In this document: in pieces, positions 49,647 through 58,982 of the stretch | Numbering within the stretch: the first letter of the stretch is position 1 | Layout: every line of letters begins with the position of its first letter | Source of the DNA: Candidatus Omnitrophota bacterium | GTDB lineage: Bacteria > Omnitrophota > Gorgyraeia > 2-02-FULL-51-18 | Length of the DNA stretch: 64,000 nucleotides | Reading direction: 5' to 3' | Assembly (NCBI GenBank): GCA_945877765.1 | Contig: CAMDWQ010000007.1 | Span: forward strand, 23,024 to 87,023 | The notes under the pieces: model-generated | The model's database searches: none | Told to the model about the DNA's origin: nothing | The model's input: only the letters and a program-made list of their open reading frames with translations | Translations under genes and position numbers: made by a program

Positions 49647-51977
49647 ATGTTAAAGTACTCACCTATGATCAACTCTAAGAGCTATTTCCGTCTTTTTTTA
49701 AGCGCAATTTTGCTTTGCATTTCCCTCTCAACCTCTTTTGCTGCGGATGACGCCAAAGTAGTCAAAGCCGTGGATGTGCGCGGTAATAAGACTGTTTCCA
49801 GCCTTGCCATTTTGGCCAAGGTCAAAACTCAGATTGGGCAGCCACTTTCTTCTACCACTCTCAATGAGGATCTAAAAAGGCTTTATGGTTTGGGATATTT
49901 TACCGATGTTAAAATTGAGCAGGAAGATATGGAAGGCGGAGTCAAAGTTATTTTCTTAGTGGTTGAAAAACCGGTGTTGTCTGAAATTAAGATTGAAGGC
50001 AATCACAAGATCGGTAAGGATGCACTCAAGAAAGAGATGCAATCCGTGACTGGTGATTTTGTCGACCAAAAGCGCATCCGCGATGACATTGAGTCCATTA
50101 AGAGACTCTACGAGAAGAAAGGTTTTTCAGGGGCAACGATTGAGAGCACTTTTGACGTGAATCCCGACACCAATCAGGCCACTCTAAAAGTTCAAATCAA
50201 CGAAGGCCTGAAGCTGCGTATTCGCAAGATCCAAGTCATCGGGAATACTTCCCTCAAGGCTGGTGATATCACTAAAGTTATGAAGACCAAGGCAATGTCG
50301 TGGTGGGGCTGGTTTCATTCGGGCTATTTAAAGGAAGATGAACTTGAGGAAGACGTTGAGAGAGTTAAAGCACTTTACGATGAGGCCGGATTTAGCGATG
50401 TTGAAGTGACGACCGAGACCGAAACTCTCAAAGAGGGCGGAGACATTATTCTCAAGATCAATGTCGTTGAAGGAAAAAAATATGTCGTAGGCACGGTGGC
50501 CTTCAAAGGCAATGAAATCGCTAAGTCCGAGGAAATCCTAAAATCCATCAAAATGGTGCAGGGAAAACCCTTCTCACGCAGAGGCCTGCGCATGGATGTG
50601 TCTAACATTCAAGACCTCTATTTTGATAAAGGCTACCTTTCCTCCCAAATTAAATCGGAGTCGCTTTACAACGATAAAACCGACCAAGTGGACTTGAATT
50701 ATTCCATCCAAGAAAATCAGCTGATTTACGTGGACAAGGTCCGTGTGGTGGGCAATAGCAAAACCAAGGACATTGTGATTCGCCGTGAATTGCGGGCGTA
50801 TCCTGGTGAATCTTTTAGCGGAGCCAAATTAAAGCGTTCGAAAGACCGTCTTTATAATTTAGGTTTTTTTGAAGATGTACGTTTTGATACTGAGGACGGA
50901 ACAACTCCCAACTCAAAAGATTTGGTGGTAAGCGTCAAGGAAGGAAAAACCGGCGAATTCAGTTTTGGCGGCGGTTATAGCTCCATTGATTCAATCATCG
51001 GATTCATTCAAATCCGCCAAAAGAATTTTGATTGGCAGAACACCAAAACATTTACGGGCGCGGGCCAGGATTTTGGAGTAAGGTTGGAGTTGGGTGCGGT
51101 GCGTAAAAATGCCGAGCTTAGTTTTACCGAGCCGTGGGTATTTGGCTACCCCTATTCTTTTGGATTTGATATTTACCGCAAAGAATTTAACAGCTCATCC
51201 AATTCGGGTTATTATTTTGATGAACGCCGCACCGGTTTTGATTTACGCTTAGGAAAAGAATTTACGGAATTTGACAAAGGCCTACTTAAATACAAGCTTG
51301 AAGAAGTAGATATTTCTGAAATTTCTGACAGCGCTTCGGCAGATTTAAAGGATGAACTTGGTACCAATCTTACCTCGAGTCTAGCCCTAACGTTAACGCA
51401 CGATCAGCGCGACAATATCTACAATCCAACCAAGGGTTATTTATTGTCAGGGACCGGAGAAGTTGCCGGCGGACCTTTGGGGGGTGACCGTGATTTCGTG
51501 AAGCTGTTTGGGCAGGCGAGCACCTATTACAAACATTTTCAAAATAATGTACTGGAACTAAAATTACGCGCCGGTATTGCGGATGCTTATGATGATAGCG
51601 AGAAGGTGCCCATTTATGAGCGGTATTTCGCGGGTGGAGCCAACACGATTCGCGGCTATAGAGAGCGGCGTATCGGACCTCGTGATACGGGCACGGATGA
51701 TCCTATTGGCGGCGAGGCGTATTGGATAGTCAATCTAGAAGAGACTTTCCCCATCTATCCCGATTTGATCAAGGGAGCCATTTTCTTTGATACCGGTAAT
51801 GTCGAGGCGAAGATCGGCGATTTCGGCTCGGGTGGAATTTTTTCGGGTGCTGGTGTCGGTGCGCGTATTAAGACGCCGATTGGGCCTGTCAAACTTGATA
51901 TGGGTTATCCGCTGGATGATGTTTCCGGCGAAAATAAAAAAGTACGTTTTTACTTTAGCGTCAGCCAAGGTTTCTAA
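49647..51977 (+). CDS. bamA: Outer membrane protein assembly factor BamA
   Basis: Signal peptide, POTRA repeats, IRGY motif, C-terminal Phe. Confidence 0.95.
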   Translation: MLKYSPMINSKSYFRLFLSAILLCISLSTSFAADDAKVVKAVDVRGNKTVSSLAILAKVKTQIGQPLSSTTLNEDLKRLYGLGYFTDVKIEQEDMEGGVKVIFLVVEKPVLSEIKIEGNHKIGKDALKKEMQSVTGDFVDQKRIRDDIESIKRLYEKKGFSGATIESTFDVNPDTNQATLKVQINEGLKLRIRKIQVIGNTSLKAGDITKVMKTKAMSWWGWFHSGYLKEDELEEDVERVKALYDEAGFSDVEVTTETETLKEGGDIILKINVVEGKKYVVGTVAFKGNEIAKSEEILKSIKMVQGKPFSRRGLRMDVSNIQDLYFDKGYLSSQIKSESLYNDKTDQVDLNYSIQENQLIYVDKVRVVGNSKTKDIVIRRELRAYPGESFSGAKLKRSKDRLYNLGFFEDVRFDTEDGTTPNSKDLVVSVKEGKTGEFSFGGGYSSIDSIIGFIQIRQKNFDWQNTKTFTGAGQDFGVRLELGAVRKNAELSFTEPWVFGYPYSFGFDIYRKEFNSSSNSGYYFDERRTGFDLRLGKEFTEFDKGLLKYKLEEVDISEISDSASADLKDELGTNLTSSLALTLTHDQRDNIYNPTKGYLLSGTGEVAGGPLGGDRDFVKLFGQASTYYKHFQNNVLELKLRAGIADAYDDSEKVPIYERYFAGGANTIRGYRERRIGPRDTGTDDPIGGEAYWIVNLEETFPIYPDLIKGAIFFDTGNVEAKIGDFGSGGIFSGAGVGARIKTPIGPVKLDMGYPLDDVSGENKKVRFYFSVSQGF

Positions 51978-52006
51978 ACGGTTCTAAAATTAATCACTTT
52001 AAGGAG

Positions 52007-52543
52007 ATGATGGTAGCCATGAAGAAAATGACATTAGTTTTTGCCGCATTGTTAATGGTAACTGGTTTTACAGTTGCAGGCGCCTCTTCTGCCTACGCGG
52101 CTGAGCAAAAAATAGGCTATGTGGATTTGGCCCACATTTTTGATGACTATCAAAAAACAAAAGATTTTGACAAGACCTTAGAAGGTAAGGGAAATGCCAA
52201 GCAGGGCGAGCGCGATATAATGGTCAATGATGTCAAAAAAATGAGAGACGAAGCTGAGCTGTTATCGGCCAAAGCCAAGGATGATAAACAGGCGGCGATT
52301 GACGAAAAAATAAAAACACTGCAGGAATTTGACCGCAGTACGCGCGACGCTTTAAGAAAAGAACGCGATACGATGGTTCAGGATATTTTAAAAGAAATCG
52401 AAGTCGTGATTCAAAATTTTGGAAAGAGCCAGGGGTATTCCTTTATTTTCAACGATCGCGTTTTGGTGTATAAAGGCGAGACGAGCGATCTGTCGGCGCA
52501 AGTGATTAAAGCATTGAATGATTCCTACACCAAGAAAAAATAA
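52007..52543 (+). CDS. skp: OmpH/Skp periplasmic chaperone
   Basis: Signal peptide, KIGYVDL, coiled coil; between bamA and lpxD. Confidence 0.9.
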   Translation: MMVAMKKMTLVFAALLMVTGFTVAGASSAYAAEQKIGYVDLAHIFDDYQKTKDFDKTLEGKGNAKQGERDIMVNDVKKMRDEAELLSAKAKDDKQAAIDEKIKTLQEFDRSTRDALRKERDTMVQDILKEIEVVIQNFGKSQGYSFIFNDRVLVYKGETSDLSAQVIKALNDSYTKKK

Positions 52544-53576
52544 TGAGGCACCCAAGAGTCTAAACTTAGGTGAAGTCGCCGCGCTGGTTGGCGGTGAACT
52601 CGTTGGCGGAAATGAGCTTTATCCGGTAACAGGTGTTGCAGGGATCAAAGAAGCCCAAAAGGGAGATATTACGTTCCTCGTGAACGATAAATATCTCCCT
52701 TTTTTACTTGAGACGCAGGCGGCGGCGGTGATTGTGCCGCTCAGTGTGTCGACCGCTCAAATTCCCCTAATTCGGACAGCAAATCCCTCTCAAGCTTTTT
52801 CCCGCGTGGCGCTTCACTTTTCACCTACTCCGGTTAGCTTTGATTTGAGTATTCATTCAACAGCGGTGATTGAAAAAAATACTGTCATCGGACACGGGGT
52901 CCATGTGGGCCCACATGCAGTAGTTGGTGAAAATACTCGCATCGGCCGTCGCTCGGTTGTGGCGGCGAATGTATTTCTGGGCCCCAATTGCGTGATCGGG
53001 GAGGATGTGTTGATTTACCCGAATGTTGTGATTCGTGAAAATACTCAAGTAGGCGATCGTACCATTATTCATAGCGGTGCCGTCATAGGAAGCGATGGGT
53101 ATGGTTATGAAACCAATGAAGGCAACCATGAAAAGATTCCTCACACCGGTTTTGTGCTCATCGAAGAGGATGTTGAAATTGGGGCTAATACTTGTATCGA
53201 CCGCGGGCGCTTTCAGAAAACTTGGATTCAAAAGGGAAGTAAGATTGATAATTTGGTTCAAATTGCTCACAACGTCATCATTGGCCCTAACAGTTTGATT
53301 GTCTCTCAAGCGGGTATTTCTGGTTCAACCGAGTTGGGTAAAAATGTCATTGTTGCTGGGCAGGCGGGTCTGGTGGGACATATTACGGTCGGTGATTTTG
53401 CCATTATTGGCGCAGGCGCTGGAGTGACTAAGCCGGTACCTGCAAAAGCGATTGTGCTGGGGAGTCCCGCAAAACCAATCAGTGAGCAAAAAAGACTATT
53501 TGCGTTTATTGCGAGGCTTCCGGATCTTTTTAAGGATGTGGCGGAATTGAAGAAAAAGTTAAAAAAGGATGAATAA
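52518..53576 (+). CDS. lpxD: UDP-3-O-acyl-glucosamine N-acyltransferase
   Basis: Hexapeptide repeats, [18 protein letters not shown]. Confidence 0.95.
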   Translation: MIPTPRKNNEAPKSLNLGEVAALVGGELVGGNELYPVTGVAGIKEAQKGDITFLVNDKYLPFLLETQAAAVIVPLSVSTAQIPLIRTANPSQAFSRVALHFSPTPVSFDLSIHSTAVIEKNTVIGHGVHVGPHAVVGENTRIGRRSVVAANVFLGPNCVIGEDVLIYPNVVIRENTQVGDRTIIHSGAVIGSDGYGYETNEGNHEKIPHTGFVLIEEDVEIGANTCIDRGRFQKTWIQKGSKIDNLVQIAHNVIIGPNSLIVSQAGISGSTELGKNVIVAGQAGLVGHITVGDFAIIGAGAGVTKPVPAKAIVLGSPAKPISEQKRLFAFIARLPDLFKDVAELKKKLKKDE

Positions 53577-53584
53577 CATAACCA

Positions 53585-53708
53585 TTTCCCCTCCTTTCGA
53601 AGGAGGGGTGGCGCCGAAGGCGACGGGGTGGTTGAACACGCTACGTTTCATACATAAACCCCCGCAACCCCTCCGCCTCCGGCACCTCCCCTTCGAAAGG
53701 GGAGGAAA
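53585..53708 (+). repeat. Family A REP-like doublet, copy 8; its end is the lpxC ribosome-binding site
   Basis: Ends GGGGAGGAAA immediately before ATG 53709. Confidence 0.95.
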
Positions 53709-54557
53709 ATGATTACGGACAACCAAAAGACGATTTTAAAAGAAGGTAGTCTTTCGGGAAGCGGGATTCATCTGGGGAAGATGGCGCAAGTTTTCTTTAA
53801 GCCAGCGGACCCTGATACCGGCATCCAATTTTTTAAAAATGGTGTTTCTGTTGGAATATTGGGGGGAGATTCTTCTTTCTCTTTAATGGATGAAGTGGCC
53901 AGATGCAGTGCTGTGGGAAATGGCGCTTTGAGAATTCTGACGGTGGAGCATCTTTTGGCGGCGATTTATGGGCTGGGAATCAGCAATCTGTTGGTGGATG
54001 TGCATGGCGACGAAGTTCCCGGAGTTGATGGCAGTGCCGCGCCCTTTACGAAACTTTTAAAAGAGCTGGGTCTTAAAGATCAGAAAAAAAAGAAATATGT
54101 GTACCGGATTTCTGATCCCTTGTTTTGTCATGAATCCGCCAAGGCGATTGCCATTTTTCCCTCGGATCAACTAGAGGTCCATTATTGCCTGGATTATGAT
54201 TATCCGGGCTTAAGAAACCAGAAGGTTGAATTTACCGTGAATGCGGCCGTTTTTGGCAAAGAGATAGCGCCTTGCAGAACTTTTTGCACGCAAGACGAAG
54301 CTAAATTTTTGAAAGAAAAGGGTTTTGGGCTCGGGGGGAACGATGAGAATAATATTGTTGTTTCGCCCGACGGATCTCATCAAAAAAATCTGCGCTTTCC
54401 GGATGAATGCGCACGGCATAAAGTTTTGGATGTGATCGGGGACTTAAGCCTTTTGGGTTTTCCGGTTTTGGGGAAAGTCATTGGTATTCGAAGCGGTCAT
54501 TCACTCAACCGAAAATTGGTTCAAGCGATCAGGAGACAAAAAGAAAATGGAGCATAA
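53709..54557 (+). CDS. lpxC: UDP-3-O-acyl-GlcNAc deacetylase
   Basis: QKTI, TVEHLLAA, DGSA, HKVLDVIGDL, GHSLN. Confidence 0.94.
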   Translation: MITDNQKTILKEGSLSGSGIHLGKMAQVFFKPADPDTGIQFFKNGVSVGILGGDSSFSLMDEVARCSAVGNGALRILTVEHLLAAIYGLGISNLLVDVHGDEVPGVDGSAAPFTKLLKELGLKDQKKKKYVYRISDPLFCHESAKAIAIFPSDQLEVHYCLDYDYPGLRNQKVEFTVNAAVFGKEIAPCRTFCTQDEAKFLKEKGFGLGGNDENNIVVSPDGSHQKNLRFPDECARHKVLDVIGDLSLLGFPVLGKVIGIRSGHSLNRKLVQAIRRQKENGA

Positions 54558-55005
54558 AAAAGAAGCAAAGCCAAAAGGTTTTCTGCTGGATAGCGAGCAA
54601 ATTAAAAAAATTCTGCCTCATCGTTTTCCATTTTTATTGGTGGATCGCATCATTGAAATGAGCGAACATCGTGTCGTGGGAATCAAAAATGTCAGCGTCA
54701 ACGATTATTTTTTTCAGGGGCATTTTCCCCAAAAACCCGTCATGCCGGGCGTTTTGATTGTCGAGGCTTTGGCGCAGACCGGAGGGGTGATGATGCTCTC
54801 TCGAAGTGAAAACCATCAAAAGCTGGCGTATTTGGTGGCGGTGAATGAAGCGCGTTTTCGACGCATGGTCATTCCCGGCGACCAGTTGAGACTGGAAGTG
54901 GACGTGATTAAGATGAAGTCCAAGATTGGCCTTGTCAAAGGAGTCGCTTTGGTAGACGGCGAAGAAGCCTGCAGTGCTGAGATTATGTTTACGTTGGGGG
55001 AATAG
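54547..55005 (+). CDS. fabZ: 3-hydroxyacyl-ACP dehydratase
   Basis: LPHRFPFLLVD, FFQGHFP, PGVLIVEALAQ. Confidence 0.96.
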   Translation: MEHKKEAKPKGFLLDSEQIKKILPHRFPFLLVDRIIEMSEHRVVGIKNVSVNDYFFQGHFPQKPVMPGVLIVEALAQTGGVMMLSRSENHQKLAYLVAVNEARFRRMVIPGDQLRLEVDVIKMKSKIGLVKGVALVDGEEACSAEIMFTLGE

Positions 55006-55812
55006 TTGACAAAAATTCACACAACTGCTCTGATTGATCCAAAAGCCCAGCTTGATCCGACGGTCTCGGTCGGCGCTTATGCGGTGATCGGCCCCCATGT
55101 GGTGATTGGCAAAGACACTATCATTTCGTCCCATGTCACGGTCGATGGGTATACGCAGATCGGCGAGCGTTGTCATATTTATTCGTATGCGTGTTTGGGA
55201 AGCGCGCCACAAGTGCGCAAGCTTCCACATAAGTCTTATCTAAAAATTGGGGATGACAATACGATTCGCGAATACGTGACGATGAATCCCGGGATGGCTG
55301 AAGAAAGCTCAACGATTGTTGGGGATAATAATTTTTTGATGATGAATGCGCACATTGCCCACGATTGTATTCTGGGCAGTCAGATTACCATTGCCAACGG
55401 CGTTGCGTTGGCGGGACACGTCACGATTGAAAATTGTGCCACGGTGGGGGGCTTAAGCGGGATCCATCAATTTGTGAGAGTTGGTCAGTATGCAATGCTC
55501 GGGGCGATGTCCAAAGCAGTGATGGATATTGCTCCCTTTTCAACTTGCGACGGAAATCCCGCGTCCTTCTATGGGATCAATACGCTGGGTTTAAAGCGCG
55601 CCGAGTTTTCTCCCGCAGACCGCTTGATTGTTCGTAGAGCCCTTAAAATCCTTTTAGCATCGGGGAAAAAACTTTCCTCAGCCGTCGAGGAAGTGCGCAA
55701 GGAATTTCCCGGCAATGCCCATATTGGTGACATCCTTCATTTTGTTACCAATTCACGCCGTGGGGTGGCCAGGGCAAACTCTGATTTTTCTGACAATGAG
55801 GAAATCGGATAA
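55006..55812 (+). CDS. lpxA: UDP-GlcNAc acyltransferase
   Basis: IHTTALI, HIAHDC, LAGHV, IHQFVRVG. Confidence 0.95.
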   Translation: MTKIHTTALIDPKAQLDPTVSVGAYAVIGPHVVIGKDTIISSHVTVDGYTQIGERCHIYSYACLGSAPQVRKLPHKSYLKIGDDNTIREYVTMNPGMAEESSTIVGDNNFLMMNAHIAHDCILGSQITIANGVALAGHVTIENCATVGGLSGIHQFVRVGQYAMLGAMSKAVMDIAPFSTCDGNPASFYGINTLGLKRAEFSPADRLIVRRALKILLASGKKLSSAVEEVRKEFPGNAHIGDILHFVTNSRRGVARANSDFSDNEEIG

Positions 55813-55821
55813 GACGGTCCC

Positions 55822-56652
55822 ATGAATCATTCTCTAAAATCTCAAGAAGCTCCTATCGGCCTTATTGCCGGGCAGGGGGAATTTCCCCTTCTATTTGCGA
55901 CGGCGGCCATGGCCGTGGGCAAAAAAGTTATTGTGTTTGGGATTGAAGGCCAGACGGATCGGCGGATTGAGGAATTGAATTTGGAGACTCATTACGTGGG
56001 CCTGGGAGAGCTGGAGAAGCTGGTGCTGCTGCTTAAGGAAAAAAAAATCAAGCAAGTCATGCTTGCCGGCGGAGTCCCAAAAAAAGAAATTTATAATCCC
56101 TCGTTTAGAATCGACGCCACCGCTCAAAATTTAATCTACGGCACTAAAAACAAGGGCGATGACCATCTGCTGAGAGCTTTTCAGATTTTTTTAAAAGTGA
56201 AATGCGGTATTTCTATTTTAGATTCAAGAAAGTTTTTAAAAGAAGCCATGGCTCCCAAAGGAGTCTTGACGCGCCGGCAGCCTACGCCTGCGGAGTGGGA
56301 GGATTTGCGTTTTGGTTGGAAAATCGCCAAAGGGATTGGCCGCTTGGATATTGGCCAGACGGTGGTGATCAAAAAAGGGGTTGTTTTGGCTATTGAGGCT
56401 ATTGAAGGCACGGACAGCGCCATCGGCCGCGGTGGCTTGCTGGCAAACGGCGGGGCGGTTGTCGTCAAAGTATGCAAGCCGACTCAAAATCTACGATTTG
56501 ACCTTCCTTGCGTCGGGCGTGCTACACTAGAAAGTCTTAGCAGTGCTTCCTCACAAGTCCTGGGTGTTGAGGCGGGGAAGACGATTATGATTTTTAAAGA
56601 CAAGCTTATCCAAACCGCAAATGAAAAAGAAATATCCATTGTAGGGTTGTAA
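55822..56652 (+). CDS. lpxI: UDP-2,3-diacylglucosamine diphosphatase LpxI family (DUF1009)
   Basis: GLIAGQGEFP, DIGQTVV, AIEAIEGTD, RFDLPCVG; follows lpxA. Confidence 0.9.
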   Translation: MNHSLKSQEAPIGLIAGQGEFPLLFATAAMAVGKKVIVFGIEGQTDRRIEELNLETHYVGLGELEKLVLLLKEKKIKQVMLAGGVPKKEIYNPSFRIDATAQNLIYGTKNKGDDHLLRAFQIFLKVKCGISILDSRKFLKEAMAPKGVLTRRQPTPAEWEDLRFGWKIAKGIGRLDIGQTVVIKKGVVLAIEAIEGTDSAIGRGGLLANGGAVVVKVCKPTQNLRFDLPCVGRATLESLSSASSQVLGVEAGKTIMIFKDKLIQTANEKEISIVGL

Positions 56653-56661
56653 AGGATACAA

Positions 56662-57342
56662 ATGGTTGGAAGCATACTGATCATCGGCGATGAAAATAAA
56701 CAGGGCCTTCTCCTCAAGGATGCCCTCAAGAAAGAGACGCATTTTTCTTTAAGTCTTATCTCTAAAACGGCTATTTCTGTTAGCGCGATTGTTGAAAAAG
56801 CCCCGGACGTGATAGTCATTAACCCCAAAACCACCTATTTTGAAATTATGGATCTTTATTACAGCCTTAAAAAAGAGCCGCAGATAATCGATACGCCAAT
56901 TGTCCTTTTGATGGATGAAAGCGAGATGAAGGCGGCTGATCTTCCTTCGGGAATTCAGGAAGTATTGTATCGGCCTTTGCGTCTAGAGGAGGCGGTGACT
57001 CGTATCCAGCTTCTATTTAAACGCATCCACAAAATTGACCAGAAAAATGTGATTCAGCGCGGCAAGATCATGATCGATGTGGCCAAGTACGAAATTAAAA
57101 TAGGCGAAAAGAAAATCGATCTGACCTTCACCGAATTTCAGCTGTTAAAATTTTTATGCACCAACCCAGGCACGGTTTTTACGCGTGAAGTACTTTTAAA
57201 TAAAGTCTGGGGCTATGAGTACTACGGCGGAACACGCACGGTCGATGTGCATATTCGCCGTTTGCGGTCCAAGATTGAGGGGAAGTCGTCGACATTTATT
57301 GAAACCGTCCGGAACATCGGATATAAATTTATTTCAGACTAG
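56662..57342 (+). CDS. OmpR-family winged-helix regulator with an atypical receiver (GlnR-like)
   Basis: LTFTEFQLL, VWGYEYYGGTRTVDVHIRRLRSK; receiver reads PDVIVIN; directly upstream of glnA. Confidence 0.8.
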   Translation: MVGSILIIGDENKQGLLLKDALKKETHFSLSLISKTAISVSAIVEKAPDVIVINPKTTYFEIMDLYYSLKKEPQIIDTPIVLLMDESEMKAADLPSGIQEVLYRPLRLEEAVTRIQLLFKRIHKIDQKNVIQRGKIMIDVAKYEIKIGEKKIDLTFTEFQLLKFLCTNPGTVFTREVLLNKVWGYEYYGGTRTVDVHIRRLRSKIEGKSSTFIETVRNIGYKFISD

Positions 57343-57356
57343 AAGGAAGAATCAAA

Positions 57357-58727
57357 ATGGCCAAAAAAAATAAAATCTCAAAATTATCGGGTAACAACTC
57401 TATCCGGCAGGGGCGGGATTTTGTGCTCAAGAAAGCGCAGGAAGACGGCGTCAAGTTTATCCGTCTGTGGTTTTGTGACACGCTCGGTCTCTTGAAGAGC
57501 TTTGCCATCACGATTGATGAGCTGGCGGAAGCGATGGATAAGGGTAAGTTTTTTGACGGCTCGGCGATTGAGAGTTTTGCGCGCAATGAAGAATCGGACA
57601 TGCGCGCTCTTCCGGACCCGACTACGTTTCAAGTGCTTCCGTGGAGGCCTAAGGAAAACGCGGTGGCTCGTATGTTTGCCGATATTGTAGATAACAACGG
57701 CGTTCCGTTTGACGGAGATCCACGCCAGTGCCTCAAGCGTAACCTCAAAAAAGCTTCCGATTTGGGATATACATTTTATGTGGGACCAGAGATTGAATTT
57801 TTCTATTTTCAAAATTCAGAGTCGACGAAACCTTTGGATCAAGGTGGTTATTTTGATTTGACCTCGCTTGATGCCGGCTCCGACTTAAGGCGCGAGACGG
57901 TGTTGACCTTGGAGGAAATGGGAATCGGTGTGGAATCTAGCCACCATGAGGCGGCGCCTAGCCAGCATGAAATTGATTTACGCTATACCGATGCGCTTAC
58001 CATGGCAGACAATGCGATTACGTACCGTCTTGTCGTCAAAGAAATTGCGATGAAAAATGGGGTTTACGCGACGTTTATGCCCAAGCCTCTTAAAGGGGAA
58101 AACGGAAGCGGAATGCATGTGCATCAGTCCTTATTCAAGGGAGATGTGAATTTATTTTATGATAAAAACGGCCAAAACCATCTTTCGAAACTGGGTCGCC
58201 AATATATCGCGGGCCTTTTAAAATATGCGCCCGAAATGACGATTGTGACCAACCAGTGGGTCAACTCGTATAAGCGGCTAATTCCTGGTTATGAGGCTCC
58301 CGTGTACGTTTGCTGGGGCAAGCGTAACCGCTCGGCACTCGTGCGCTTACCGGCGCACAAACGGGGTTATGAGAGTGGTGTGCGGGCGGAATTGCGTATG
58401 CCGGATGCGGCTTGCAACCCTTATCTTGCGTTTTCGGTGATGCTGGCGGCGGGGCTAGAAGGGATACGGCAAGGACTTGAACTTCCGGAGCCGATGGAGC
58501 AGAGTCCTTTTGAATTATCCGAAGCAGATCGCAAAAAGCGCGGTATCCGTATGCTGCCGCAGAGCCTAGGAGAGGCGATCACGATTGCCCAAGGAAGCAA
58601 ATTTTTGAAAGATGCTCTCGGTGAGCATATTTTTAATTCCCTGATTGAAAATAAGAAAATTGAGTGGAATAAATACTGCGCGGAAGTCTCGAGTTTTGAG
58701 TTGGAAAAATACCTACCGGTTCTTTAA
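57357..58727 (+). CDS. glnA: Glutamine synthetase type I
   Basis: FDGSAI, HHEAAPSQHEI, ATFMPKP, GSGMHVH, PGYEAP, NRSALVR. Confidence 0.95.
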   Translation: MAKKNKISKLSGNNSIRQGRDFVLKKAQEDGVKFIRLWFCDTLGLLKSFAITIDELAEAMDKGKFFDGSAIESFARNEESDMRALPDPTTFQVLPWRPKENAVARMFADIVDNNGVPFDGDPRQCLKRNLKKASDLGYTFYVGPEIEFFYFQNSESTKPLDQGGYFDLTSLDAGSDLRRETVLTLEEMGIGVESSHHEAAPSQHEIDLRYTDALTMADNAITYRLVVKEIAMKNGVYATFMPKPLKGENGSGMHVHQSLFKGDVNLFYDKNGQNHLSKLGRQYIAGLLKYAPEMTIVTNQWVNSYKRLIPGYEAPVYVCWGKRNRSALVRLPAHKRGYESGVRAELRMPDAACNPYLAFSVMLAAGLEGIRQGLELPEPMEQSPFELSEADRKKRGIRMLPQSLGEAITIAQGSKFLKDALGEHIFNSLIENKKIEWNKYCAEVSSFELEKYLPVL

Positions 58728-58734
58728 AACAATC

Positions 58735-58974
58735 TGTGAACGTGTAACGGGTCCTGTCTCTGCGGGAGCCCATCGCGTCCTCGGCTTCGCCTGCGGGTCG
58801 ATGGGCGCCCACCCTCCGCGCCACCCGTGGCCGATGCTTGTGTCGAACCAACCCATTTCAAAATACTAACTCCAGCAACGGGTGACGCCGGAGGGGAGGC
58901 CTCCGCTGCGCGGAGTGAAAATTTACACGAGCACAGCGGAGTCCCGCAGGTGGCAGGACCCGTTACACCTCACA
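58735..58974. other. Highly structured GC-rich intergenic element (four-way junction); ncRNA or repeat candidate
   Basis: Outer stem GTGTAACGGGTCCTG/CAGGACCCGTTACAC plus three inner stems. Confidence 0.65.
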
Positions 58975-58982
58975 CATTAGGT

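Noticed and set aside
58735-58974. 6S RNA, SRP RNA, RNase P RNA or tmRNA
   Set aside because: I see no SRP helix 8 motif, RNase P P4 motif or tRNA-like ends, and the fold is branched, unlike the 6S rod; it is kept as an unknown element.
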